NCBI GenBank assembly: GCA_964553915.1
Contig: CAZKMM010000001.1
Coordinates: forward strand, 1-52,482
Source: an uncultured bacterium
Lineage (GTDB): Bacteria > RBG-13-61-14 > DRUE01
DNA: 52,482 nucleotides
Reading direction: 5' to 3'
Part shown: one piece after another, positions 43,960-52,482 of the stretch
How the letters are laid out: each line of letters opens with the position of its first letter
How positions within the stretch are numbered: position 1 is the stretch's first letter
Notes under the pieces: generated by a model
The model's database searches: none
What the model saw: the letters and a program-made list of their open reading frames with translations, nothing else
Told to the model about the DNA's origin: nothing
Made by a program: the position numbers and the translations under genes

Positions 43960-45918
43960 TTACAAAAGAACTATCCCCAAACCAATAGCCAGCCCGAGCA
44001 AAAGCAGTCCCACCAGGTTGGAGCTTAAGTTAACCAACCGCTCGGAGCGGGTTTCTCCAAAGTAAAATCCCCGAAAGGTCTGCTCCATCGGGGTATCTGC
44101 AATACTGGAAAACCTGGGTTCATTGCCAATATTTTCTCCGCACATATAAGCAGGTCTAACCCTCTCACTCTGAACCCGGATAATAAAAGCAGGAATGAAC
44201 AAGAACAAGAAAGCAAAAAGAGCCAAAGGCCAGGTAGCAAATTCACCCGCTACCTTGCCCCCGAGCATCACCTGAATATTAAAAGCAACCACATTTATCA
44301 CATCCTGATACCCTGCCTGAGTCATATAGGGAACAACCAGCCGGTCCACCACCGGAGCGAAAAAGGCGCTTAAAACCACTATTCCAATTAACAACACCAA
44401 AAGACTGAAGCTGTAAAAGAATCCGAGCTTTTCTATTTTAAGCCTCTGGTCCGTGGGGCGAAGTGCAATAATCCTTCCCATCCATTTAATCCAGAAGATG
44501 ATGGTCACACTGCTTCCCAGGGTAAGCAGAAGAATTATGATAAACGCCCACCTGCTGGACATTGCCGGCACCGCCTCTATTGCCAGCCATTTGCTTACCA
44601 GCACTCCCAGAGGAGGTACCAGCATTGCCAGAGCTCCCATTAAGGTAATGGTGGTGAGCATAGGCAATCTCTCCATCAAGCCTTCCATCGCTTCTATATC
44701 TCTGCTTCCAATCTTGTTCTCAATTGCTCCCACGCAAAGGAAGAGAAGTCCCTTGGTCATTGCGTGGAAAATAAGTAAAGCGAGCCCGGCCGCAATTGCC
44801 AGGGAGCTATTGATTCCTGCGCACATAATCATCAATCCCAAGGAACCGATGGTAGAATAAGCCAGCACGCTCTTGGCATTGGTCCTCATCAAAGCCATTG
44901 TTGCGGTGACCAGAAGGACAAATGCTCCATAAACCGCTATTACCAGACTCAGGGCGGTTCCCTGAAAACCAGGAGCAAGCCGAAATACCAGATATACTCC
45001 TGCCTTAACCATCGTGGAGGAGTGAAGCAGGGCACTAACTGGAGTCGGAGCAACCATTGCTCCTAACAGCCAGCTCTGGAAGGGCACCTGAGCACTCTTG
45101 ATAACACCACCCAGAACCAAAAGAGCAATTGGAAGTAAAAGAGCTGTGCTTGCTCCGCTCTTTGCTAAAGCCTGAAGAGCCAGGGTCTGGGGACTGGTGT
45201 ATTTATAAGCCAGAATCATTGCCACCACCATTGCCAGCCCACCAATCAGGTTCATCCAGAGAGCACGAAGGGCATTATTGATCGCCTCATCAGTCAGGTC
45301 ATGAAGGATTAACAAATAACAGCAAGCGGTGGTCACTTCCCAGAAGAAATAGAGCCAGATAAGATGATTAGAAAAGACCAGAGCGTTCATTGCTCCCAAA
45401 AAAAGCACCAGCCAGAGAAAAAATCTGGGCTGACGGGATTTTTCCAGATGAAGATGCTCCTCATGGTCAGGCATATAATTGAGAGCATAGAGGACAATCA
45501 TAGAACCAACAATACAAATTACCAGCGCCATTATTATGCTCAGCCAGTCAATATAAAACAAAGGCTCAACCGCTTCTTCCTTTACCAAGCCAAATTCCAG
45601 CCAGGCTAAAAGCCCGATCTGAGCCAAACTAAGCAAGCTGATCAGCCAGCTCTTCCGTCTGATACCAATATAAAGGAAGTAAACTAAAAGCAGATAATCC
45701 AAAACCACCACAATCCAGTTCCAGATATGAAATCCGCTTTCGCCCAGACTCAACTCTATCGGTCCCTTGCTTAATAAAATCAGGCTCAGGGCAATTAAAA
45801 ATAAAGATTCCAGCACCACAATTAAAATCCGCAAAGCCCTGGGACGAATCAAATAAAGAATAATCCCTGTAATAATGGGAAGTAAGATTAAAAGCCCTAC
45901 CAACGCTACATTGCTCAT
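43960..45918 (-). CDS. Hydrogenase antiporter-like membrane subunit (EchA/NuoL/HyfB-like)
   Basis: About 650 aa, polytopic, with Mrp/NuoL-type core (LHSSTMVKAGVYL, AYSTIGSLG). I use ATG 45918 (AGGAGG at 45927-45932, 8-nt spacing); the track adds one TTG codon. Confidence 0.8.
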   Translation of the reverse strand: MSNVALVGLLILLPIITGIILYLIRPRALRILIVVLESLFLIALSLILLSKGPIELSLGESGFHIWNWIVVVLDYLLLVYFLYIGIRRKSWLISLLSLAQIGLLAWLEFGLVKEEAVEPLFYIDWLSIIMALVICIVGSMIVLYALNYMPDHEEHLHLEKSRQPRFFLWLVLFLGAMNALVFSNHLIWLYFFWEVTTACCYLLILHDLTDEAINNALRALWMNLIGGLAMVVAMILAYKYTSPQTLALQALAKSGASTALLLPIALLVLGGVIKSAQVPFQSWLLGAMVAPTPVSALLHSSTMVKAGVYLVFRLAPGFQGTALSLVIAVYGAFVLLVTATMALMRTNAKSVLAYSTIGSLGLMIMCAGINSSLAIAAGLALLIFHAMTKGLLFLCVGAIENKIGSRDIEAMEGLMERLPMLTTITLMGALAMLVPPLGVLVSKWLAIEAVPAMSSRWAFIIILLLTLGSSVTIIFWIKWMGRIIALRPTDQRLKIEKLGFFYSFSLLVLLIGIVVLSAFFAPVVDRLVVPYMTQAGYQDVINVVAFNIQVMLGGKVAGEFATWPLALFAFLFLFIPAFIIRVQSERVRPAYMCGENIGNEPRFSSIADTPMEQTFRGFYFGETRSERLVNLSSNLVGLLLLGLAIGLGIVLL

Positions 45919-46052
45919 CAATCTTTCCTCCTAATTTGTTCTTTTTGGGTTTCCTGACCCATAAATATAATTGTATAGATATATTTGGATATTGGAATAT
46001 AAAGAAATGAATAAAAAGGGGCTAAAAATTTTTGCTTGCTTGAAAACTTTGT

Positions 46053-46067
46053 GTGATTTAGTATCAC
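46053..46067. promoter_or_regulatory. Palindrome GTGAT-N5-ATCAC (Crp/Fnr-type half-sites) in the divergent control region
   Basis: tGTGATttagtATCACt equals TGTGA-N7-TCACT, one bp wider than the E. coli CRP consensus TGTGA-N6-TCACA. It is the only such palindrome I saw in an intergenic region here. Confidence 0.3.
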
Positions 46068-46142
46068 TTCTAACTGACTGCCAGAGAATTTTAGGTTAAC
46101 TGCTCGGAAGTCTTGTTAAAAATTTACTACATTTTTTCAAAT

Positions 46143-46171
46143 TTGTCAAGAACAAAATCATTGAATATAAT
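46143..46171 (+). promoter_or_regulatory. Candidate sigma70-type promoter for the alpha/beta hydrolase gene
   Basis: TTGTCA (46143-46148), 17-nt spacer, perfect TATAAT (46166-46171). GGGGG SD about 5 nt before the ATG at 46204. Confidence 0.5.
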
Positions 46172-46203
46172 TTTTTACCAAAAAATTAAAAAAGGGGGTT
46201 AAG

Positions 46204-47418
46204 ATGAAAAAATTTCATTTAATAGTCTTGGCTTTTATTGTGGCTTTTTCATGGGTCAGTACTGCTCATAAAAAAGAGAAAAAATCTTTGCTCGGAATTC
46301 GGATTTATGAATTTGAAATTGAAGGAAGACCGGCATCTGTTGCAGTCTGGTATCCTGCCATTGATAAAGGCGAAGGATTATTTGATTACAATAAGTTAAC
46401 CAAAGGAAGTGCCTATCTGGATGCCACTCCAGACCGCTCTCAGGCACCGTATCCTTTAATTGTCTTTTCCCATGGAATGGGCGGATGCGGGTTTCAATCG
46501 GTTTTTTATGTGGAGAACCTCGCCCGGGCAGGATATGTGGTAGGAGCGATGGACCATAAAGATTCCGGGATGTGTCTAATGCAGGGAAAACCCAAAATTA
46601 CTCAGGGAAAGGTTTTACTCGCTTTTCTGAAGGGAGGGGGAAACCTTACCAAAACCGTCACCCTCCTGTTTAAAGACCAGGTAAGGGATGTAGACTTCAC
46701 ATATCGTCCCCGAGAATTAAAGGAACTAATTGACCACCTGCTTGAGCTTAATCAGACCGACCCGGTACTCAAAGGTCTTTTCTCCCCGGAAAAAATCGGT
46801 GCCACCGGACACTCCTTAGGAGGATTTACAGCCCTGGCTATTGCCGGGGGAGAGTTTGACTGTCAGAGTCCGGAAAAATATAACCCGGAGCTATGTGCCC
46901 GGGTGGAGCAGGCACTTGCTCATCGGGAAGAGATAAGCGAAGAGAATATGGAGCTGATAAGAGAGCCAGATGTTATCTGTTGCCTTGAGCAATATAAAGG
47001 CAAGAAGGTTAGCTTTAAAGACCCAAGAGTAGATGCGGTTTTACCTCTTGGTCCTGCGGTTTTCTTCCCGGAGGGAGCTTTTAAAGAGGTATCTATTCCC
47101 ATAATGATTATTACCGGCTGGGGGAAATTTGAGGTTCCTTTTGAGCCTATCCAGAGAGTATATGATGAGCTGGCTGGTCCCAGGTATCTGCTCCATCTCA
47201 AAAAAGTGGACCATATGACCATCACCGATATGGCTTTAAAAATCCCCTTTGCCCGACTGGTGCTTCCCGGATACCGCTGGAAGTATAAAATGAAAAAGCA
47301 AATCTATGAAAACTATTCCCGAGGCTTTTTTGATGCCTATCTGAAAGGAGACCAGAAGGCAAAAGAATATATTAAAGAGGCACAGTACCCGATTATGGAG
47401 CTTCAGGCAAGCCCATAA
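46204..47418 (+). CDS. Secreted alpha/beta hydrolase (PAF-acetylhydrolase / dienelactone hydrolase-like lipase-esterase)
   Basis: Signal peptide MKKFHLIVLAFIVAFSWVSTA. YPLIVFSHGMGG oxyanion region, GHSLGG nucleophile elbow, late VDHM His. Confidence 0.65.
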   Translation: MKKFHLIVLAFIVAFSWVSTAHKKEKKSLLGIRIYEFEIEGRPASVAVWYPAIDKGEGLFDYNKLTKGSAYLDATPDRSQAPYPLIVFSHGMGGCGFQSVFYVENLARAGYVVGAMDHKDSGMCLMQGKPKITQGKVLLAFLKGGGNLTKTVTLLFKDQVRDVDFTYRPRELKELIDHLLELNQTDPVLKGLFSPEKIGATGHSLGGFTALAIAGGEFDCQSPEKYNPELCARVEQALAHREEISEENMELIREPDVICCLEQYKGKKVSFKDPRVDAVLPLGPAVFFPEGAFKEVSIPIMIITGWGKFEVPFEPIQRVYDELAGPRYLLHLKKVDHMTITDMALKIPFARLVLPGYRWKYKMKKQIYENYSRGFFDAYLKGDQKAKEYIKEAQYPIMELQASP

Positions 47419-47427
47419 GAGGATAAA

Positions 47428-47455
47428 TTGACAATCTTTTAAGATAAGATAAATT
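47428..47455 (+). promoter_or_regulatory. Candidate sigma70-type promoter close to the NhaC-family gene start
   Basis: TTGACA (47428-47433), 16-nt spacer, TAAATT (47450-47455), 11 nt, then the ATG at 47467 with no Shine-Dalgarno sequence. Confidence 0.25.
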
Positions 47456-47466
47456 ATTCCCGCCAG

Positions 47467-49398
47467 ATGCGGTATAAGTGGAAAAATTATCTGTGCTGGG
47501 GAGTGATTTTTTGGTTTTTCCCGGTTTGCGGGCTTGCCAGCTCCTTGAAAATTCAGGCTCCCAAGCTCTGGGTCAGCTCGGTTCCCTTTACCCTTGAATT
47601 AGAAAATCTTTCTAACCAAACCAGGGACTTTAAGCTTTTCTGGGGAGAGGAGCTGATTTTTCAGGGAAAGCTGGAGCCAAAAGAGAAAAAAGAGCTGAAA
47701 ATCTCCATTGAAAAAACCGGGAAAAAAGAGCTAATTTTAAAAGCCCAAGGCGAAGAAAAAATTTTGCCTTTTCGCCAGATACCCGGTCTGCTGAGCATTA
47801 TCCCTCCACTGTTAGCAATTGGGCTTTCTTTAATCTTCCGACAGGTGCTGGCAAGCCTCTGGCTGAGTATTTTTGTCGGAGCTTTAATTGTCTTTGACTA
47901 CAAGCCTCTTTCCGCCTTTGCCCGCACCATAGATTATTATCTGCTCAATTCTATGGCAGGAAAAGAAAACAGCCTGATGCTTTTATTTATTCTCTTTATG
48001 GGGGGATTGGTTGGAGTAATTTCCAAAGGCGGAGGAATTCACGGTCTGGTGGAAAAGGTGAGCAGGTGGGCAACCTCTGCCCGGAGAGGACAATTTGCCA
48101 CCTGGCTCCTTGGGCTGTTCATATTTTTTGATGATTATGCCAATACCATCATTGTTGGTAATGCGATGCGTCCGATCACGGACAAATTAAGAATCAGCCG
48201 GGAAAAGCTCTCTTATCTGGTGGATACTACCGCAGCTCCGGTTGCCAGCATCTTTCCCATCTCCACCTGGATTGGCTATGAGGTGGGATTGATTAACTCT
48301 GCCTTTCAGAGCCTGGGAATTAAAGCCAATGGATTTTTATGGTTTTTACAGTCCATTCCTTATCGTTTCTATCCGATTTTTAGCCTGATTATGCTTTTAT
48401 TTGTAATTGCCCTGAAAAGAGATTTAGGTCCGATGCACCGGGCAGAAAGCCGAGCCCGAAAAGAAGGAAAGGTGCTAAGGGACAATGCCCAGCCAATGGC
48501 AAATCTGGAGCCAGAACTGCTCAAGCCAGTCTCGGAACAAAAACTTCGCTGGTATAATGCCCTGGTCCCGATTCTTGCGGTAATTATTGTCACCTTTGTT
48601 GGGCTCTGGTTTGATGGGGTAAAGAATTTAGGAGTCTCTGGCTATCAGGAATTTCTGAAAAAATCTCAGGAACTGGGACCGCTCTGGGGAAAAATTTATC
48701 TGGTAGGAATGGTTTACAGCCAGGCAGGTGCAAACACGGTTTTAAGCTGGGCAAGTCTTTGCGGAGGAGCACTTGCGGTGGTGATGGTGGTTTCTCAGCG
48801 AATTATGAACCTGGCTCAGGCAATGGATGCCTGGCTGGGCGGTGCTAAATCTATGGTGATTGCGGTTTTAATTCTGCTTTTTGCCTGGGGGCTGGGCTCA
48901 GTCTGTGCAGAGCTTCATACCGCAGAATGGATTACCCATCAGCTTAAAGGAGTGCTCAACCCCCGGCTGGTGCCGGTGCTGGTTTTTATGGTTGCCTGCT
49001 TGATTAGCTTTTCCACCGGAACCAGCTATGGAACAATGGCGATTTTAATTCCTCTGGTAATTCCTATTGCTCATCATTTAAGCCTGCTGGCAAATTTTAA
49101 CCAGAGCCAGTATCATATAATAATGGTAGGGGCGATTTCATCAGTTCTGGCAGGAGCGGTATTTGGAGACCATTGCTCACCCATCAGCGATACCACCATT
49201 ATGTCCAGTATGGCGAGCAACGCAGACCATATTGACCATGTTCGCACCCAGTTGCCATACGCTTTAACTGTTGCCGGGATGGGAATGCTGGTAGGAGATA
49301 TTCCCACTGCTTATGGAATGCCTCCCTGGGCAAGCTGGATAATAGGGAGTATCATTCTTCTGGTAATTCTGGTAATCTTTGGTAAAAAAATAGAATAA
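47467..49398 (+). CDS. NhaC-family Na+/H+ antiporter-like transporter with an N-terminal extracytoplasmic extension
   Basis: 643 aa with at least 11 hydrophobic segments from about residue 105. The first ~100 residues are a signal/TM segment plus a Lys/Glu-rich beta-type domain. Family assignment is from overall pattern only. Confidence 0.55.
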   Translation: MRYKWKNYLCWGVIFWFFPVCGLASSLKIQAPKLWVSSVPFTLELENLSNQTRDFKLFWGEELIFQGKLEPKEKKELKISIEKTGKKELILKAQGEEKILPFRQIPGLLSIIPPLLAIGLSLIFRQVLASLWLSIFVGALIVFDYKPLSAFARTIDYYLLNSMAGKENSLMLLFILFMGGLVGVISKGGGIHGLVEKVSRWATSARRGQFATWLLGLFIFFDDYANTIIVGNAMRPITDKLRISREKLSYLVDTTAAPVASIFPISTWIGYEVGLINSAFQSLGIKANGFLWFLQSIPYRFYPIFSLIMLLFVIALKRDLGPMHRAESRARKEGKVLRDNAQPMANLEPELLKPVSEQKLRWYNALVPILAVIIVTFVGLWFDGVKNLGVSGYQEFLKKSQELGPLWGKIYLVGMVYSQAGANTVLSWASLCGGALAVVMVVSQRIMNLAQAMDAWLGGAKSMVIAVLILLFAWGLGSVCAELHTAEWITHQLKGVLNPRLVPVLVFMVACLISFSTGTSYGTMAILIPLVIPIAHHLSLLANFNQSQYHIIMVGAISSVLAGAVFGDHCSPISDTTIMSSMASNADHIDHVRTQLPYALTVAGMGMLVGDIPTAYGMPPWASWIIGSIILLVILVIFGKKIE

Positions 49399-52053
49399 AT
49401 GAAAAACAAAAATCTCAAAGCGGTTATTATCATTTTTGCGGTTCTTTTTCTTTTCAGTCTGGTCCAGATTCTTGTCTTCAATCAGATATTTGTTCAAACC
49501 CTCACTTCTTCAAGGTTTTTCTGGATTTTATTTTTTTCATTATGCTCCACCATTATTCTTACCCCGATAGTTATACTGGTTCTAAAATTCCTTTCCCCAA
49601 TTTCTTTTCTAGATTTAGACCAAACAAGGGCACTGGAAGCTTATCTTGCCTCGGCTCTGGAGGGAGATTTTACTCGCCCGACTCAAGATTTAACCTTAAA
49701 ACACCAAGGCAGGGAATTAAAGCTGGAATTCAACCATTTTCACAATATGCTGGTTCAGGTTTTAAGTCAGGCACAGCGACTGACTCAGGATTTAGGGGAG
49801 CTGGCGCAGGAAATTATCAATCAAAGTCAATCCCTATCTCAGGCAAGCACCTCTCAGGCACGCTCCGTGGAAGAGACTCTGGGAAGTCTGGAACAAATTG
49901 ACCGGGGAATTAGAGAAATTCTCTCCAATGTAGATGAGCTTAAGGGATTAAGCCAAAATACCTCCTCTGCCAGCTATCAAATGATGGGCAATATCCAGCA
50001 GGTCTCGGAAATGACCAATGACCTTGCAGGACTGGTCCGGGACCTGGTCACGATTATTAGTGAGATTGTTTCTAATATCCAGAGCGTTGCCCAGGCAACG
50101 GATAGCTTAAGCTCCTCCTCGGCTCAGACCGCTACCTCTATGAGAGAAATAGAACAGGCTACTCAGGAGATTCGGAGCCGGGCAGACGAATCCGCTAAAA
50201 TTGCTTCTCGTGCCCGGGAACGAGCGGTGCGAGCCGGTGCGTTGATTCGCTCCTGGGTGGAGGGGATGGAAAAAATTGAGCAAAGTGTGAGCCAGTCCAT
50301 CTCGGCAATGAACCAGCTGGTGGCTCAATCTGAGGCGATTGGAGAGATTGTCAGCGTAATCAATGACATAGCCAGCGAGACTCATCTTCTTTCTCTTAAT
50401 GCGTCAATTATGGCCGCCCGGGCTGGAGAGCACGGCAGAGGGTTTATGGTGGTGGCAGGGGAGATTAAGGAGCTGGCAAAAAGAACCAGCGAAAGCACCA
50501 AAGAGATAGAAACTTTAATTACCCGCACCAGAAAAGCGATTAAGGAAACCCAGCAGGCAGTTGCCCAGGCACACGAGCGAGCAAAGGAAGGAATCCAGCT
50601 CAGCTGGGAAGCAGACCAGGCAATCAAGCAGGTAATGCAGGAAATAGAATATACCAATAACTATGCCCAGGAGATAGCTCGTGCCACTGAAGAACAGGTA
50701 GAGCTTGCCCGCCAGGTGTATCAGTCTGGAGCAGAAGTTGATGAAAGGATTCGCCTGATCAAAACCGCAATGCGGGAGCAGGAAGATTCCAGCACTTATT
50801 TAAAAGAGCGAACCGGAAGAATGCATCAACTTACTGAAAAGCTCAAAATTGCCACCCAGGAGCAGGCAAAATCCAGCCAATTAGTGGCACAGGCAATGGA
50901 GGAGTTGACCAAATCAGTGGAGACCATCCGCCGAGCCACGGTAAATCAAAGTCAGGCAAGCGGAGAGATTTTAAATGCGGTCAAACAGGTAAAAAAGGCA
51001 TCAGACCTGGTCGCGGTAAGTGTCTCCTCAGTGGAGAATACTGCGGTGAGTATTTTAGATGAGTCTTTGATTTTAAAAAGTGAAATTAAACATTTACGCC
51101 TGCCGGAAATAAAAAGTGAAATAAAAATTGGACTGCTTTTGGATAATCTCCGGGAGGGAAGATGGAAGCGAGAACGAGAGGCTTTTGTCCGGCGCTGTCA
51201 GCAATTAGGGGCAGAGGTCTTGGAAGCGGTTGCAGAAGGAAAAAGCCAGAGGCAGATAGAACAGGCAGAAGAATTGATTGCTCGGCATCCTCAAATTTTA
51301 GTGGTAATTGCAGTGGACTCAGAGCGAGCCAGAAAAGTTATAGAGCTGGCAAAAAAACACCAGATTAAAGTAATTGCCTATGACCGCTTGATCAAAAATT
51401 CTCCCCTAGACCTTTTTATTACCTATGATTATGCAGAAATCGGCAGGCAGATGGTAAGATATGCACTTAGCCAGAAACCGCGGGGAAAATATTTTCTGGT
51501 TCTGGGCTCTCCTCAGGATGTCAACGCTCTCTGGCTTTATCAGGGGCAGAAAGAGGCTCTTCAGCCAGCTCTGGCTCGGGGAGAAGTAGAGCTATTGGGA
51601 GAAAGCTGGACTGCGAACTGGTTTCCTCAACGGGCATATCAAACTATTAAAGAGCTTTTAGAAGCAGGAAAAATTCCGGATGTAATTATTGCCAGTAATG
51701 ACGGCACTGCCGGGGGAGTGGTTCAGGCACTGGAAGAATTTAATCTTACCGGAAAGGTGCTGGTGACCGGGATGGATGCGGAGCTTTCTGCCATTAAAAG
51801 AATTGTTCAGGGAAAGCAAACAATAACCTTTTATATGCCGATTCAACTGCAGGCAGTAAGAGCCGCGGAAGCTTCTTTGCTTTTACTCCGCTCCGAGCCA
51901 ATTTTTGGCTCAGAGAATTTGATTGAAAATCAGGATTATCAGGTGCCTTCTATTCTTCTCAAGGCGGTGCTGGTAGATAGAGAGAATATCAAGGAAACGG
52001 TTATTGCTGGCGGTCTTTATTCAGAAAAGGAGATTTTCTCAGATTCAGATTAA
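49399..52053 (+). CDS. Methyl-accepting chemotaxis protein with a C-terminal XylF-like periplasmic-binding-protein (type I) domain
   Basis: Two N-terminal TM helices separated by a very short loop. MCP signalling hairpin [45 protein letters not shown]. From about nt 51124 there is a full PBP1 domain colinear with E. coli XylF as I recall it ([17 protein letters not shown].., [42 protein letters not shown]). Confidence 0.8.
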   Translation: MKNKNLKAVIIIFAVLFLFSLVQILVFNQIFVQTLTSSRFFWILFFSLCSTIILTPIVILVLKFLSPISFLDLDQTRALEAYLASALEGDFTRPTQDLTLKHQGRELKLEFNHFHNMLVQVLSQAQRLTQDLGELAQEIINQSQSLSQASTSQARSVEETLGSLEQIDRGIREILSNVDELKGLSQNTSSASYQMMGNIQQVSEMTNDLAGLVRDLVTIISEIVSNIQSVAQATDSLSSSSAQTATSMREIEQATQEIRSRADESAKIASRARERAVRAGALIRSWVEGMEKIEQSVSQSISAMNQLVAQSEAIGEIVSVINDIASETHLLSLNASIMAARAGEHGRGFMVVAGEIKELAKRTSESTKEIETLITRTRKAIKETQQAVAQAHERAKEGIQLSWEADQAIKQVMQEIEYTNNYAQEIARATEEQVELARQVYQSGAEVDERIRLIKTAMREQEDSSTYLKERTGRMHQLTEKLKIATQEQAKSSQLVAQAMEELTKSVETIRRATVNQSQASGEILNAVKQVKKASDLVAVSVSSVENTAVSILDESLILKSEIKHLRLPEIKSEIKIGLLLDNLREGRWKREREAFVRRCQQLGAEVLEAVAEGKSQRQIEQAEELIARHPQILVVIAVDSERARKVIELAKKHQIKVIAYDRLIKNSPLDLFITYDYAEIGRQMVRYALSQKPRGKYFLVLGSPQDVNALWLYQGQKEALQPALARGEVELLGESWTANWFPQRAYQTIKELLEAGKIPDVIIASNDGTAGGVVQALEEFNLTGKVLVTGMDAELSAIKRIVQGKQTITFYMPIQLQAVRAAEASLLLLRSEPIFGSENLIENQDYQVPSILLKAVLVDRENIKETVIAGGLYSEKEIFSDSD

Positions 52054-52232
52054 GTAGAGGCGATTCGCTTTTTCTTCTCCTCCTTTTCCAGTAGCTCCAT
52101 CCGCAAAATCGGTATATCGCTGGGAGCGGTAATTCCCAACCTTACCCTTCCCCCTTCCACTCGACGAACCGTGATAACTATGCTGTTGCCAATGATAATC
52201 TTTTCTCCTGGTCTCCGGCTTAATACTAGCAT
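52050..52232 (-). CDS. csrA: Carbon storage regulator CsrA
   Basis: [47 protein letters not shown] is a near-canonical CsrA. 60 aa. Confidence 0.95.
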   Translation of the reverse strand: MLVLSRRPGEKIIIGNSIVITVRRVEGGRVRLGITAPSDIPILRMELLEKEEKKKRIAST

Positions 52233-52459
52233 TATTCCTGCTCCTGGTTGGATTTTAAATAAAGCTCTTCCCAGACCTCTTCCCAGAGAATCTTATGACT
52301 TAAATTTTTTAAATCCGGCTGGTAGGATTTCTTTTGAAATTTTTCTTTTAACTTCCGGAGCCAGGCTCGCCTTAAAATCAGAGCAAAAAATTCACTTCCA
52401 ACCCGGTTGCCTTTCAAGATTTTTTCTATCTCCTGCTCCAATTGATTTAAAAAATTCAT
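52232..52459 (-). CDS. Hypothetical small protein (75 aa) translationally coupled to csrA
   Basis: Complete ORF whose TAA overlaps the csrA ATG (TAATG). Helical, Lys/Glu-rich. It does not look like FliW, being half the length with no beta-rich pattern. Confidence 0.45.
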   Translation of the reverse strand: MNFLNQLEQEIEKILKGNRVGSEFFALILRRAWLRKLKEKFQKKSYQPDLKNLSHKILWEEVWEELYLKSNQEQE

Positions 52460-52482
52460 TTTCTCTTTTTAGATGCGGAGAG

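Overview
This is a 52.5-kb, very gene-dense chromosomal segment; only one intergenic gap exceeds 100 bp. The host is a diderm bacterium, because LptA/B/C/D and RpoN are present. GC looks moderate and the proteins are rich in Glu/Lys/Ile, which may hint at a thermophilic or deep-branching lineage, but I cannot assign taxonomy from sequence alone. I call about 50 protein genes. I found no rRNA, tRNA, CRISPR array, transposase, integrase or phage genes.

Layout:
- (+) 5'-truncated Zn-ribbon ORF, araB-like ribulokinase, small ORF, mazG, yceD-rpmF-fabD-fabG-acpP.
- (+) A tightly packed five-gene cyclic-nucleotide operon running straight into lptD: CHASE2 class III cyclase, TPR + 2x cNMP-binding protein, GAF-HD-GYP, Crp/Fnr regulator, class II-type MBL phosphodiesterase.
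- (-) A long co-directional block: GH31 glucosidase, OYE flavoenzyme, ahcY, metK, ptsI-ptsH-EIIA(Man)-hprK-ptsN-hpf-rpoN-lptB-lptA-lptC, GT4 glycosyltransferase, pgeF, rluD, patatin, class IV aminotransferase.
- (+) M29 aminopeptidase, ClpX paralog lacking the zinc-binding domain, rimI, YfhO-like membrane protein.
- (-) Six-gene Ech-type group 4 [NiFe]-hydrogenase.
- (+) Secreted alpha/beta hydrolase, NhaC-family transporter, MCP.
- (-) csrA with a translationally coupled small ORF.

Best novelty candidates:
1. In the hydrogenase operon, the small EchD/NuoC-like subunit is fused in frame to a GltD/SudA-type NAD(P)H-FAD-FeS oxidoreductase. This implies a pyridine-nucleotide-linked energy-converting hydrogenase.
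2. The cyclic-nucleotide operon encodes a writer, three readers and an eraser together.
3. The MCP carries a complete XylF-like sugar-binding domain at its cytoplasmic C-terminus.
4. The divergent ClpX paralog sits between an aminopeptidase and an N-acetyltransferase.

All motif matches and alignments were made by eye and from memory. No database search was run.
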